From assembly GCA_910587685.1 (NCBI GenBank), contig CAJUMY010000010.1:2787-66786 (forward strand): DNA of 64,000 bases, written 5' to 3'. Position 1 is the stretch's first letter; each line of letters opens with the position of its first letter. The DNA is from an uncultured Christensenellaceae bacterium. GTDB lineage: Bacteria > Bacillota > Clostridia > Christensenellales > UBA3700. A program made the translations under genes and the position numbers. The notes below the pieces were generated by a model. That model ran no database searches. It was not told the origin of the DNA and saw nothing but the letters and a program-made list of their open reading frames with translations. Positions 47,643 to 57,726 of the stretch are shown piece after piece.

Positions 47643-50624
47643 ATGCGCAAAGATCTACGACACGTTATCGATATCTGGAAACGGCCTTATTTTGCATTGT
47701 ATATCAATCAGCTCAAAGCGTCGGCGTATACGCCCGTTGCCATGCTGACGGTTAAAGTAGGAGAGAGCAAAGATCCCGTCGAATATGCCGACAGGATGTC
47801 TCTTCAGTATCGAAACATAGAGAAAGGTGAAAAATGGGGCGAATTCTTCGGCTCCGCGTGGTTCCATATTACGGGAATAGTCGACGAGAACGTCGTTGAA
47901 AATCTTGTCGATCACGTCGCGGTGTTAGACATCGGCGGAGAAGGGTGCGTGTTTAACGAGCGCGGAGTAGTTCAAGGCATAACCAACGTGTTGGGTTTTC
48001 CCGATAGATTGCAGTGTATTAAAGGGAAGAAGGTCGTCGAACTCGAAAGAATAGGCGTACACGACGATAATAATATCGGCATATGGGTAGAGGCGGCAAA
48101 CAACGGGAAAAATTACAATAACGTCGGAGCTATCTCATTCAGAGGGGCGTATATTGCTAAAGTAAGAAGGGATATCATCGAATACTATTACGACTTCCTC
48201 GCGCTTATCGAGAATATGGCGCGCGATAATAGAAAAGAGAGGCGGAAAGAGGTCTTAAAAGCGTTGCATAAGGCGGTAGATGCGTCGGGCGATTTTTACG
48301 AGAGCGAGATAGCGGAGGCGAGAGGGATATTGAGTCCTTTTCTCAACGCGGTCAAAGACGACGCGCTCACGGTGTATGCTGTGGGGCACGCTCATCTGGA
48401 TCTTGCGTGGCTTTGGCCTTTGAGAGAGAGCAAAAGGAAGGCGGAGAGAACGTTCTCTAACGCATTATACAATATAGGAAAATACGAAACTTACGTATTC
48501 GGCGCAAGCCAGCCTCAGCAATTCCAATGGGTCAAGGATAAAAGACCGGAATTGTACAGGGAGCTACAGGAAGCCGTTAAGGACGGAAGAATGGAACTGC
48601 AAGGCGCTATGTGGGTGGAGAGCGATACCAATATCCCGTCGGGAGAGAGTCTCATAAGACAGATATATTACGGCAAGAAGTTCTTCCGCGACGAATTCGG
48701 AAGAGAGATTGATACGGTGTGGCTTCCCGATGCGTTCGGCTTTACGGGAGCGTTGCCGCAGATAATGAAGAAGTCGGGGGTAAAGAATTTCTCGACCGTC
48801 AAGCTGAGCTGGAATACCGTCAACGAATTTCCGCACTCGTCATTTGTTTGGGAAGGCATAGACGGCAGTCGCGTGACGGCGCATATCCCTCCCGAAGGAG
48901 ACTATTGTTCGTACGCCGATCCTCTTGCGATGAAGGAGCTTGAGAGCCGATTCAGACAAAAGGAAATATCAAACGTCGCGCTCATGCCGTACGGTATAGG
49001 CGACGGAGGAGCGGGTCCCGGTGAATATCATATCAATATGATAAAGAGAATGGGCGGTATCGACGGAATGCCGAAGGTCAAACTCGCGTCCGCGGGAGAG
49101 TTCTTCGCCGCGCTTGCAAAAGAGATGGAGGAAAAGGATTTCCCCATCCACAGAGGAGAGCTTTATCTCGAAAAGCATAGGGGAACGTATACGACGCAAG
49201 CTAAAGTCAAGAGATATAACCGCATGGCGGAACGCGATATGAGGTGTACGGAGTGGCTGTTGACTCTCGCCTATATCAAAGGTATGGAATATCCGCATGC
49301 CGACGTGGAGAGGATATATAAAGAGATGCTTCTTTATATGTTCCACGATATATTGCCGGGATCGTCGATAGACAGGGTATACAAAGAATGTTACGAACGC
49401 TATCCGATACTGCTTCGCGAACTTAAGGAGCTCAGAGACAGAGCGCTTTCGTATCTCGATACGGGCAGCGGAGACGCGTACGCGGTCAATCCGTCGCCTT
49501 TCGCTAGGTCGGGAAGCGTGAGCGTATCGGGCGATACGTACGAATATTCGCTAGCGGCGTATTCTTCGGGAAAGCCTCGCCGCCGCTTAGCTGACTGCAA
49601 GGGAGCTACCTGCGATAAACACGTAATGGAAAACGAAAATATAAAGATAGTCTTTAATAAAAAGGGCGAGATATCGAGCTATTACGATAAAAGGAGCGGT
49701 CACGAAGCGGTAAAGAGCGGAAAGAGTTTCAATATCTTCAGAGTTTACACTGATAGAAGAATGATACCTTTCGACGCGTGGGATATAGACCCCAATTATA
49801 TGAAACTCCCGAAGAGTAGAATGAAACTCAAAAGCGTTGATTTCTACGTCAAGAACGGCGTTGCCGTAAGGACGCAGGAGTATACATATAACGATTCGAC
49901 GCTAAAAGAGACTTTGATACTCGATAAAGACAGCGAATATATCAAATGTGTGTGCAAAGCCGATTGGCGCGAGACTCATAAGATGTTGCGCGCGGAATTT
50001 TATCCCGCCGACTATTCCGATAAGGTCAAGTGCGACATCCAGTTCGGTCACATCGAGAGAGCTACGACGGAGAACGATGCGATAGAAAAGGCTCAGTTCG
50101 AGATAGTCGCTCACAAGTGGGTCGCGCTCGACGGAGCGGAGAACGGATTCGCGCTCATCAACGATTCGAAGTACGGACACAGAGTGAAGAACGGTCTCGT
50201 CTCTCTCAATCTTCTGCGTTCGCCTGTTTGGCCGGACAAGAAAGCTGACAAAGGCAAACACGAGTTCTCTTTCGCGATATACGCGTATAAGGGAAGATCA
50301 ACGGAAAGCTCTCTCGTCAAGTACGGCTACGAGATGAATGAGAACGTCATCATCGCAAGCGGCGCCGCTATAGAGCCTATAGTGACGATAGGTAATGAAA
50401 AGATAGTGCTCGAGAGCATTTTCGTGAACGAAGACGGCAACGTGGTTTTAAGAATGTACGAGAGTAGCGGAGTAGCGAATACTACTGATATGTATATCAA
50501 TTTTGAATATTCAGACGTGTACGAGAGCGATATGCTTACCGAAAAGAGACTGTCCGATATAGAGGGAAATCTGAGCTTTTCGCCGTTCGAGGTAAAGACC
50601 GTCGTTATAGTATTGAAGAAATAG
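47643..50624 (+). CDS. Alpha-mannosidase (GH38), cytoplasmic type
   Basis: GAGG RBS. GH38 N-terminal metal-site block 'VGHAHLDLAWLWP', 'PDAFGF', and a length of 993 aa. No signal peptide. Confidence 0.9.
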   Translation: MRKDLRHVIDIWKRPYFALYINQLKASAYTPVAMLTVKVGESKDPVEYADRMSLQYRNIEKGEKWGEFFGSAWFHITGIVDENVVENLVDHVAVLDIGGEGCVFNERGVVQGITNVLGFPDRLQCIKGKKVVELERIGVHDDNNIGIWVEAANNGKNYNNVGAISFRGAYIAKVRRDIIEYYYDFLALIENMARDNRKERRKEVLKALHKAVDASGDFYESEIAEARGILSPFLNAVKDDALTVYAVGHAHLDLAWLWPLRESKRKAERTFSNALYNIGKYETYVFGASQPQQFQWVKDKRPELYRELQEAVKDGRMELQGAMWVESDTNIPSGESLIRQIYYGKKFFRDEFGREIDTVWLPDAFGFTGALPQIMKKSGVKNFSTVKLSWNTVNEFPHSSFVWEGIDGSRVTAHIPPEGDYCSYADPLAMKELESRFRQKEISNVALMPYGIGDGGAGPGEYHINMIKRMGGIDGMPKVKLASAGEFFAALAKEMEEKDFPIHRGELYLEKHRGTYTTQAKVKRYNRMAERDMRCTEWLLTLAYIKGMEYPHADVERIYKEMLLYMFHDILPGSSIDRVYKECYERYPILLRELKELRDRALSYLDTGSGDAYAVNPSPFARSGSVSVSGDTYEYSLAAYSSGKPRRRLADCKGATCDKHVMENENIKIVFNKKGEISSYYDKRSGHEAVKSGKSFNIFRVYTDRRMIPFDAWDIDPNYMKLPKSRMKLKSVDFYVKNGVAVRTQEYTYNDSTLKETLILDKDSEYIKCVCKADWRETHKMLRAEFYPADYSDKVKCDIQFGHIERATTENDAIEKAQFEIVAHKWVALDGAENGFALINDSKYGHRVKNGLVSLNLLRSPVWPDKKADKGKHEFSFAIYAYKGRSTESSLVKYGYEMNENVIIASGAAIEPIVTIGNEKIVLESIFVNEDGNVVLRMYESSGVANTTDMYINFEYSDVYESDMLTEKRLSDIEGNLSFSPFEVKTVVIVLKK

Positions 50625-50680
50625 TATGGACGGCGGAATTTGATATAATATAATGATAAGAGGGGTGTTGTAATCGAATT

Positions 50681-51379
50681 ATGGAAACGATATTTTATGT
50701 GATCATAGCTTTCGTTATGCTTTTTGCTTTAGCCGTTGCGATTAGCTACTGTATGGGAAAGAAGACTTTGGCGTTCATTTTCAAGATGATAGCGTCGTCT
50801 GTTTTGGTATTCGCCGTTGCGCTCACGGTATTCGAAAGGGAGCAGAGCAACGTATATACGGGGCTCGTGATCATTGCGGTAATGACGTCGTTTTGGGGCG
50901 ATTATTTTCTTGCGAAGAAGGAGTTCGCGTCGGACGGGAAAAAAGATCTTATTTTCTTCGCGTCGGGCGTTTCCTCATTTTCCGTGGCTCAGATAATGCT
51001 CATCATTGCGTTTTGGCTCGTCGTCGGCGAACTCAAATGGTATTTCCTTCCGCTCGTACTTGTGACGGTGATACCTACGCTTGTCGGCAAGTTTACCAAA
51101 ATGCTCGACTTCAAGTCGGACAAATATTTTTATCTCACTCTGTTCTACGGCATACTGTTATCCTTTGCGATGCTTACAGCGGTGAACAGATATTACGTTA
51201 TGCGTACGAAGGGAAGTCTTATAGCGATGATAGGCTCTATTTTCTTCGTCGTGTCGGACTTGTCTCTCGGCTTCTATTACTTTTCGAATATGAAGAAAAA
51301 GAAGCTGTTCAACTATCCGATAATGATATTCTATTTCCTCGCGGAACTCTTTTATATCGTATCGGTCGTATTCGTATGA
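50681..51379 (+). CDS. YhhN-family membrane protein (lysoplasmalogenase family)
   Basis: Seven to eight TM helices, with the two family-type motifs 'FWGDYFLA' and 'FFVVSDLSLG'. Confidence 0.65.
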   Translation: METIFYVIIAFVMLFALAVAISYCMGKKTLAFIFKMIASSVLVFAVALTVFEREQSNVYTGLVIIAVMTSFWGDYFLAKKEFASDGKKDLIFFASGVSSFSVAQIMLIIAFWLVVGELKWYFLPLVLVTVIPTLVGKFTKMLDFKSDKYFYLTLFYGILLSFAMLTAVNRYYVMRTKGSLIAMIGSIFFVVSDLSLGFYYFSNMKKKKLFNYPIMIFYFLAELFYIVSVVFV

Positions 51380-51601
51380 AACGTATAGTGAGCGGAAACG
51401 GTTCGCGTTGTTTCGAGAGCGATTTGACGTTTCGGAATATATTATATATTCTTTAGCGCGAAAAATTTGTCGAATTTTGCAGAAAATATGTTTAAGTCGC
51501 TATTGATAATATCAATAATCAGTGTTAAAATATATGAGTAACTACTTTAATTTGATATTAATATAAAGAGTGACGGCTTTGTATGAAAAAGGCGGTAAAT
51601 C

Positions 51602-53047
51602 ATGAAGAAAAGCATACCGATTTTATTAATCATCGTTATTTCTATTGTTTGTCTTGCGGGATGTGTTCCCGAAATAAAAGACTATAATATCGACGCTCCG
51701 GACCTTAGCATAGGCGCGACTTTCAGAGACGACAGCGGAATAGACCTCGGATCTTTCAAACTCAAAAGGAATAACGGCGCAAAAGGTTATGTCGACGTTA
51801 CTTTTCCATCGCCCAAAGTAATTAATACCGTAGTTTTGAGAGAGCAGGGCTATAATATCAGCGATTTTGCAATATACAATATTTCGAACGGAAAAGAAGA
51901 GCTACTATACCGGCAGGACGGTATAGACGGCATGAGATACTGCGTGTTCGATACGGTGAGCGTATCTAAACTGAGAGTAAAAGTACTCGCTTCGTACGGC
52001 GGATATAATCTCAACGGTATTTCGATATACGAAGCTCCGAAGGAGGAACGCGATTTTTCCGTTACCACTTATCTTCATATAGACAGATTCTTAAGCCTTG
52101 AGGATTACGACAGAGATTTCGGCATCGAGTCGTTTTCTTCGATAACGGACGTGATACTGTTTGATGCCGCTACGCTTCGCGTAGACGGTACGCTCGACGT
52201 AAATCCCAATATTGCCGTCGCCGTTCGCAATCTTCGCGAGGTTGAAAAGAGACTGCAAAAAAAGTTCACGATATACGCTTGTATTCTTAACGGAAAGTAT
52301 AACGGAGATCCCGATAACTGGAACAACGATATGAATCTCAAGTCGGCTCATTACGCGAAAGCCATGAGAGACAACTCTGAAAAACTCATAGACGAGATAA
52401 ATACGCTCATTGACAGAATGGGAATAAACGGAGCGGCGTTCGACTGGGAATATATTCTGAAGAACGAGTACTGGAACGTATTCGCCGACTTTTTGATAGC
52501 GCTTGACGACGCTATCGGCGAAGAGAATAAAATATCTATCGCGCTCTCCGACTGGTCGAATAAACTGCCCGAGCGAGCGTTCGACGCTGTGGATTCCGTC
52601 GAGATAATGGCGTACGACCTCTTTGACAGCAGAAAGAACCATAGCAATTTCTACGATTGCACGTACAAGGCGGTCACGGAGTTCGTCGACAGGGGATTTC
52701 CTATCGAAAAGCTGAACCTCGGACTTCCGTTCTATGCCCGTGAGACGGAGGGCGGCGAGGCTCTTTGGTTCGAGTACAGGCTCGAAGCGGAGAAACTTGG
52801 ATACTTCGGTAACTCGAGCGACTACGTCGAATACGGGAACGGTCAGATATACGCCTTCACTCATTACTATAACGGCGCGCAGATGATAAGAGATAAGACT
52901 GCGTGGGCGTACGATTACGGACTCAAAGGCGTAATGGTATGGAATCACACTTGCGATACTCGTTACGATCTTACGGAGAAATCGACGGGCAAACCGCTAT
53001 CGCTATTCAGAGCGATTAGCGACGCTATAGCGTCAAGAAAGAAATAG
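51602..53047 (+). CDS. Lipoprotein with an N-terminal discoidin-like (F5/8 type C) domain and a GH18-like catalytic domain (candidate endo-beta-N-acetylglucosaminidase)
   Basis: Lipobox 'VCLAGC'. The N-terminal beta-sandwich segment 'VINTVVLREQG...ISIYE' is followed by a TIM-barrel-like region with 'INGAAFDWEY' (GH18 DxxDxDxE position) and 'MVWNHTCD'. Confidence 0.72.
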   Translation: MKKSIPILLIIVISIVCLAGCVPEIKDYNIDAPDLSIGATFRDDSGIDLGSFKLKRNNGAKGYVDVTFPSPKVINTVVLREQGYNISDFAIYNISNGKEELLYRQDGIDGMRYCVFDTVSVSKLRVKVLASYGGYNLNGISIYEAPKEERDFSVTTYLHIDRFLSLEDYDRDFGIESFSSITDVILFDAATLRVDGTLDVNPNIAVAVRNLREVEKRLQKKFTIYACILNGKYNGDPDNWNNDMNLKSAHYAKAMRDNSEKLIDEINTLIDRMGINGAAFDWEYILKNEYWNVFADFLIALDDAIGEENKISIALSDWSNKLPERAFDAVDSVEIMAYDLFDSRKNHSNFYDCTYKAVTEFVDRGFPIEKLNLGLPFYARETEGGEALWFEYRLEAEKLGYFGNSSDYVEYGNGQIYAFTHYYNGAQMIRDKTAWAYDYGLKGVMVWNHTCDTRYDLTEKSTGKPLSLFRAISDAIASRKK

Positions 53048-53091
53048 AACGTAAAAAATTCATATAAATAATTATTAGTCAGAGCGAAAAT

Positions 53092-53127
53092 AATACGCCG
53101 CGGAAATATCCCGAGGCGTATTTGTTT
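53092..53127. terminator. Shared terminator between convergent genes
   Basis: aatacgcc (53092-53099) pairs with ggcgtatt (53115-53122). Confidence 0.55.
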
Positions 53128-53167
53128 CATATCATAGTTTTCGAATTATCTATATTTGCGTTTATGC

Positions 53168-53734
53168 CTATTCCGCCGTCGGCGTCGATACCGTTATAGG
53201 TATAGACGTAGGGAGCGGCATACAGTTCGAAAAGAACGGCGGCTCCTGCGTTACGGTTATCGCATACGCGCCGTCAGGCGACGGCTTGGGCAGGTCGTAG
53301 GAAAAGTTTCCGTTTGCGTCTGCAACGACGGTTATCGGCGCGGCGTTTCCGACGTTTATCTTTACGACGTAGTTGGGATTGACTGTTCCCGATATTATAA
53401 TGGGGTTTTCCGTTACGACGCTTCCTGCGGCAGGCGACGTCACGGTGGGCGCGGGAATATAGCGTCTCACGCCGAATCTTACGTTCTGATATATAGCTTC
53501 GCAGCATATACGCGTTTTGGCGTATATGACGTAGTCGCCGCAGTCGACGTTGGGAAGAGGTATTCTCCAGTATCCGTCTTGCGACGTACAGGTAGAGTAG
53601 ACCTTTCCATTATATTTGATTTTTATTATGACGCGCGGCGCGGAAAAGCCGTACGTTTCGTTTACGCTCGAGTAGGTTTGTCCTTCAACGGGATAGAGTA
53701 TCTTGAGCGAAGGACAACAAAAATTGTTAAACAT
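53168..53734 (-). CDS. Hypothetical Cys-rich protein with a C-terminal bacterial Ig-like domain, no signal peptide
   Basis: AAGGAGA RBS. The N-terminal half has 6 Cys ('FCCPS', 'STCTS', 'VDCGD', 'RICCE'). The C-terminal half 'PAPTVTSPAAGSVVTENPIIISGTVNPNYVVKINVG...VVADANGNFSYDLP...GAYAITVTQ' resembles Big-type Ig repeats. Confidence 0.6.
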   Translation of the reverse strand: MFNNFCCPSLKILYPVEGQTYSSVNETYGFSAPRVIIKIKYNGKVYSTCTSQDGYWRIPLPNVDCGDYVIYAKTRICCEAIYQNVRFGVRRYIPAPTVTSPAAGSVVTENPIIISGTVNPNYVVKINVGNAAPITVVADANGNFSYDLPKPSPDGAYAITVTQEPPFFSNCMPLPTSIPITVSTPTAE

Positions 53735-54030
53735 AAGCCGATTCTCCTTGATCGCGGAGCAAGAAAGGGCGGTATCGTCGCCGCGGTATGTGTCAATCTA
53801 TTGTATGAAACGCAGTCGCTTTATGTGAAAGCGCCGGATCGCGATAAAACCGTATTCTTGCTATCATTGCGGGAATTTTGTAGTTTTTTTGCAGTATTTT
53901 GCAAAATTTTGTCGAACTTCGTTGAAAATTGCGGCGGGCGGCGTTTGGAATGATATTCGATACGCGTCGGTATACAACTTCGTAACTTCTGATTTTATTG
54001 GAAAATTATTTGTCAAAACGCCTTATTTTC

Positions 54031-54129
54031 AAAATATCGCGGTTTTGATAACGGTTTCGGCGTATCAATAAAAATTGCGAAAATATTGCGGTTTTTTATA
54101 TTGACATAAAAAGGACAATGCTCTAAAAT
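54031..54129 (+). promoter_or_regulatory. Promoter of the HTH-cupin regulator gene, preceded by two near-identical 16-mers
   Basis: aaaatatcgcggtttt (54031-54046) and aaaatattgcggtttt (54080-54095) match at 15 of 16 positions. They are followed by TTGACA (54101-54106), a 17-nt spacer and TAAAAT (54124-54129). Confidence 0.4.
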
Positions 54130-54164
54130 ATAGTTATAATAAATATATAAAGAGGGCGTTCATT

Positions 54165-54731
54165 ATGGAATCGTTAAAGAATATCGCAACCCGAATCAAA
54201 GGACTCAGAGAAATGTCCGATATCAGCGTAGACGAGATGGCGGAGATAACGGGAAAGAGCGTTGAGGAGTATATCGAACTCGAGAGCGGAGAAAAGGATT
54301 TTTCTTTTACTTTTCTATATAACTGCGCTAAGAAACTCGGAGTAGGCATTACCGATATCCTCACAGGCATTTCGCCGACGCTATCCTATTACAGCATAGA
54401 GAGAGCAGGCAGCGGGCTTCCCATCAATCGCCGCCGCAATTTTACGTATATGCACGTAGCTCCCTATTTCAAACACAGGATAGCCGAACCGTTCGTCGTG
54501 AGCGCTCCGTATATCGAAGAGCAGCAGAATAAGGAGATCGAGCTCAGTTCTCATAAAGGACAGGAGATGGATTTTATCCTCGAGGGCAGTCTCAAGTGCA
54601 ATATGGACGGTCATATCGAAATATTGAACGCAGGCGATACGATATATTACGATTCGTCGCGTCCGCACGGTATGATAGCTACAGGCGGCAGTCCGTGCAA
54701 GTTTTTAGCTATAGTAATGGAAGAAAAATAA
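54165..54731 (+). CDS. XRE-family HTH plus cupin-domain transcriptional regulator
   Basis: N-terminal HTH_3 'IKGLREMSDISVDEMAEITGKSVEEYIELESGEKD'. C-terminal cupin 'HKGQEMDFILEGSL...GDTIYYDSSRPHGM'. Confidence 0.85.
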   Translation: MESLKNIATRIKGLREMSDISVDEMAEITGKSVEEYIELESGEKDFSFTFLYNCAKKLGVGITDILTGISPTLSYYSIERAGSGLPINRRRNFTYMHVAPYFKHRIAEPFVVSAPYIEEQQNKEIELSSHKGQEMDFILEGSLKCNMDGHIEILNAGDTIYYDSSRPHGMIATGGSPCKFLAIVMEEK

Positions 54732-54750
54732 CGTTGCGTTGCATAGACGC

Positions 54751-54856
54751 TGCATAATTGTATAATTTATGCATAATAATGTATAAAACTAATAAAAATT
54801 CAGTAATTGATTGAATTTATGCAAAAAATATCGATAATTTATGAATATTTATGCTC
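54751..54856. promoter_or_regulatory. Cluster of TGCATAA/TTATGCA half-sites (ARG-box-like operators) upstream of argG
   Basis: Palindrome tgcataa-N9-ttatgca (54751-54773), ttgaatttatgcaaaa (54811-54826) and atgaatatttatgctc (54841-54856, TGAAT-N4-ATGCT). All lie just upstream of the argG promoter. Confidence 0.4.
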
Positions 54857-54863
54857 AAAACGC

Positions 54864-54891
54864 TTGATTTTTATTTTGCGGCGAGTATAAT
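54864..54891 (+). promoter_or_regulatory. argG promoter
   Basis: TTGATT (54864-54869), 16-nt spacer, TATAAT (54886-54891). Confidence 0.55.
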
Positions 54892-54945
54892 TGTATATGT
54901 AATAGATAAGATCGCGTTGCGATCGATAAAAAGGAGATAATAATT

Positions 54946-56163
54946 ATGGAAAATATAAAGAAAGTAGTTTTGGCATATTCCGGCGGTCTCGATACGTCGA
55001 TCATCATTCCTTGGCTTAAGGAGAATTACAATAACTGCGAAGTCATTGCCGTAGCAGGCGACGTAGGTCAGGGAAAGGAGCTTTCGGGACTCGAGGAGAA
55101 GGCTAAGAAGACGGGCGCTTCTAAGCTCTACATAGCGGATCTTACCGACGAATTCGTCGACGATTACGTCGTACCTACCATAAAGGCAGGCGCGGTATAC
55201 GAGAATAAATATCTTCTCGGTACGAGTTTCGCGCGTCCGATAATAGCTAAGCGTATCGTAGAGATAGCGCTCAAGGAAGGCGCCGACGCTATCTGTCACG
55301 GCTGTACGGGAAAGGGTAACGATCAGGTTCGTTTCGAGCTCGCTATCAAGGCGTTCGCTCCCGAGATGAAGATAATAGCTCCGTGGCGTATATGGGATCT
55401 CAAGTCCCGTGACGAAGAGATCGACTACGCGATAGCTCACAACGTCGATATTCCGATAACCCGCGAGACCAACTATTCTAAGGACAAGAACCTTTGGCAC
55501 TTATCGCACGAAGGACTCGATCTCGAGGATCCCGCCAATGAGCCGAATTACGATAAGATACTCGAACTCGGAGTGACTCCCGAGAAAGCTCCGGACAAGC
55601 CGACTTACGTAACGATAGATTTTGAAGAAGGCAAACCCGTGGCTCTTGACGGCGAGAAGATGAAGGCTACCGATATCATCAAGAAGCTCAACGTTATCGG
55701 CGGAGCTAACGGCATAGGTATCGCGGACATCGTTGAGAACCGTCTCGTCGGTATGAAGTCGAGGGGCGTATACGAGACTCCGGGCGGAACTATCCTTTAT
55801 CACGCTCACGAAGTGCTCGAGACTCTCTGTCTCGACAAGGAGACTCAGCACTATAAGCAGGGCGTCGCGCTCAAGTTCGCGGATCTTGTTTACAACGGTC
55901 AGTGGTTCACTCCGCTAAGAGAAGCGTTATCGGCTTTCGTAGATTCTACGCAAAAGACGGTTACGGGAAGCGTAAAGCTAAAACTTTATAAGGGCAATAT
56001 CATTAACGCCGGCACGAAGTCTCCTTATTCGCTTTATAACGAAGGCATGGCGACTTTCGAAGAGGACGATTGCTACGATCAGATGGATTCGCAGGGCTTT
56101 ATCAATCTCTTCGGTCTGCCGATAAAGGTCAAGGCGCTTATGGAGAAAGGTCTTAAGAAGTAA
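54946..56163 (+). CDS. argG: Argininosuccinate synthase
   Basis: '[11 protein letters not shown]' ATP-pyrophosphatase motif, '[13 protein letters not shown]', '[11 protein letters not shown]'. Confidence 0.96.
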   Translation: MENIKKVVLAYSGGLDTSIIIPWLKENYNNCEVIAVAGDVGQGKELSGLEEKAKKTGASKLYIADLTDEFVDDYVVPTIKAGAVYENKYLLGTSFARPIIAKRIVEIALKEGADAICHGCTGKGNDQVRFELAIKAFAPEMKIIAPWRIWDLKSRDEEIDYAIAHNVDIPITRETNYSKDKNLWHLSHEGLDLEDPANEPNYDKILELGVTPEKAPDKPTYVTIDFEEGKPVALDGEKMKATDIIKKLNVIGGANGIGIADIVENRLVGMKSRGVYETPGGTILYHAHEVLETLCLDKETQHYKQGVALKFADLVYNGQWFTPLREALSAFVDSTQKTVTGSVKLKLYKGNIINAGTKSPYSLYNEGMATFEEDDCYDQMDSQGFINLFGLPIKVKALMEKGLKK

Positions 56164-56200
56164 TATAGCTTTATTTGCGAAAATAACGTTAACGGGGATA

Positions 56201-56232
56201 GCAAGGCTGAAATGACCTTGCATTCCTTTTTT
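56201..56232 (+). terminator. Possible terminator or attenuator between argG and argH
   Basis: gcaagg (56201-56206) pairs with ccttgc (56216-56221), followed by attcctttttt. Confidence 0.45.
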
Positions 56233-56343
56233 ATAAGAGAGTTCAAAAGCGTTGATCTTGCGTTATGATGATATGCGGACAATGCTAAAAGCGTATACAT
56301 ATAGATATGTTTTACGAAATGCGAGTTATCGGAGGCGAAGAGT

Positions 56344-57726
56344 ATGGCGAAGATGTGGGAAGGAAGATTCAAAAAGTGCGTTGACGGCGTCGTGAACGAC
56401 TTCAATTCTTCCGTTTCGTTCGATATGAGGATGTACAAATGGGATATTACGGGCAGCATCGCGCATGCGAAGATGCTCGCTAAGGTCGGTATCATTTCTG
56501 AAGAAGAGAGAGACATTATAGTTAACGAACTAAAGAATATACTGTCCGATATCGAGAGCGGCGAACTCGTTATAGATATGAACGCCGAGGATATCCATAT
56601 GTTCGTCGAAGAAGTTTTGACTAAGCGCGTAGGCAGCGTCGGGAAGAAACTGCATACGGCTCGTTCGAGAAACGATCAGGTAGCTTTAGATATAAGGTTA
56701 TATCTCAAGGAAGAGATAGACAATATAGTATCGCTCGTTCGGGAGTGCGCTGAGGTCGTGACCGATATAGCCGAAGAGAATCTCGAGAGCGTTATGCCGG
56801 GATATACGCACCTTCAGAGGGCGCAACCCGTCACTTTCGCCCATTATATAATGGCGTACGCTCATATGTTTTCGCGCGATATCTCGAGACTTCGCGATAC
56901 GAAGGAGAGGATGAATTTTTCTCCGCTCGGCGCAGGAGCATTGGCGACCACCACATATGATATAGATAGAGAATTTACAGCGAAAGAGCTTGGTTTTTAC
57001 GGCGTTACTAAGAACAGTATTGATTCCGTTTCGGACAGAGATTTCGTTCTCGAACTTGCTTCCGATATAGCTCTTCTTATGATGCACCTTTCGAGAATGA
57101 GCGAAGAAATAATACTCTTTTCGTCGTGGGAATTCAAATATATCGAACTTGACGACGCTTACGCTACGGGATCGAGCATCATGCCGCAGAAAAAGAATCC
57201 CGATATTGCGGAGCTCGTAAGAGGCAAGGCGGGACGAGTCATCGGAGATATGACGGGGCTTTTTGCCATGATGAAAGGACTTCCGCTTGCATACAATAAG
57301 GATATGCAGGAGGATAAAGAAGCGATATTCGACGCTATAGATAACGTTAAGATGTGTCTCAAGACGTTCATCCCGATGCTTAAGACGATGACCGTTATCA
57401 AGGAAAATATGCTTTCCGCCGCGAAGAAGGGCTTTATCAACGCGACAGATGTCGCGGACTATCTCGTAAAGAAAGGTATGCCTTTCAGAGACGCGTATAA
57501 GGCTACGGGCAATCTCGTCAAATATTGCATAGACAAAGGAGTCGTTTTGGAAGAGTTGACGCTCGGCGAATTCAAGAGCGTTACGGACAGCTTCGAAGAC
57601 GACGTTTACGAAGCGATAGATCTTATGACGTGTCTTAAGGGAAGAAAAGTTATCGGAGGTCCTAATCCCGATACAGTTAAGACAGATATAGAAGAGGTTA
57701 GAAAGGAGCTTGAGAGATATGAGTGA
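56344..57726 (+). CDS. argH: Argininosuccinate lyase
   Basis: Fumarate-lyase signature 'GSSIMPQKKNPD', 'HTARSRNDQV', 'MPGYTHLQRAQP'. Confidence 0.96.
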   Translation: MAKMWEGRFKKCVDGVVNDFNSSVSFDMRMYKWDITGSIAHAKMLAKVGIISEEERDIIVNELKNILSDIESGELVIDMNAEDIHMFVEEVLTKRVGSVGKKLHTARSRNDQVALDIRLYLKEEIDNIVSLVRECAEVVTDIAEENLESVMPGYTHLQRAQPVTFAHYIMAYAHMFSRDISRLRDTKERMNFSPLGAGALATTTYDIDREFTAKELGFYGVTKNSIDSVSDRDFVLELASDIALLMMHLSRMSEEIILFSSWEFKYIELDDAYATGSSIMPQKKNPDIAELVRGKAGRVIGDMTGLFAMMKGLPLAYNKDMQEDKEAIFDAIDNVKMCLKTFIPMLKTMTVIKENMLSAAKKGFINATDVADYLVKKGMPFRDAYKATGNLVKYCIDKGVVLEELTLGEFKSVTDSFEDDVYEAIDLMTCLKGRKVIGGPNPDTVKTDIEEVRKELERYE

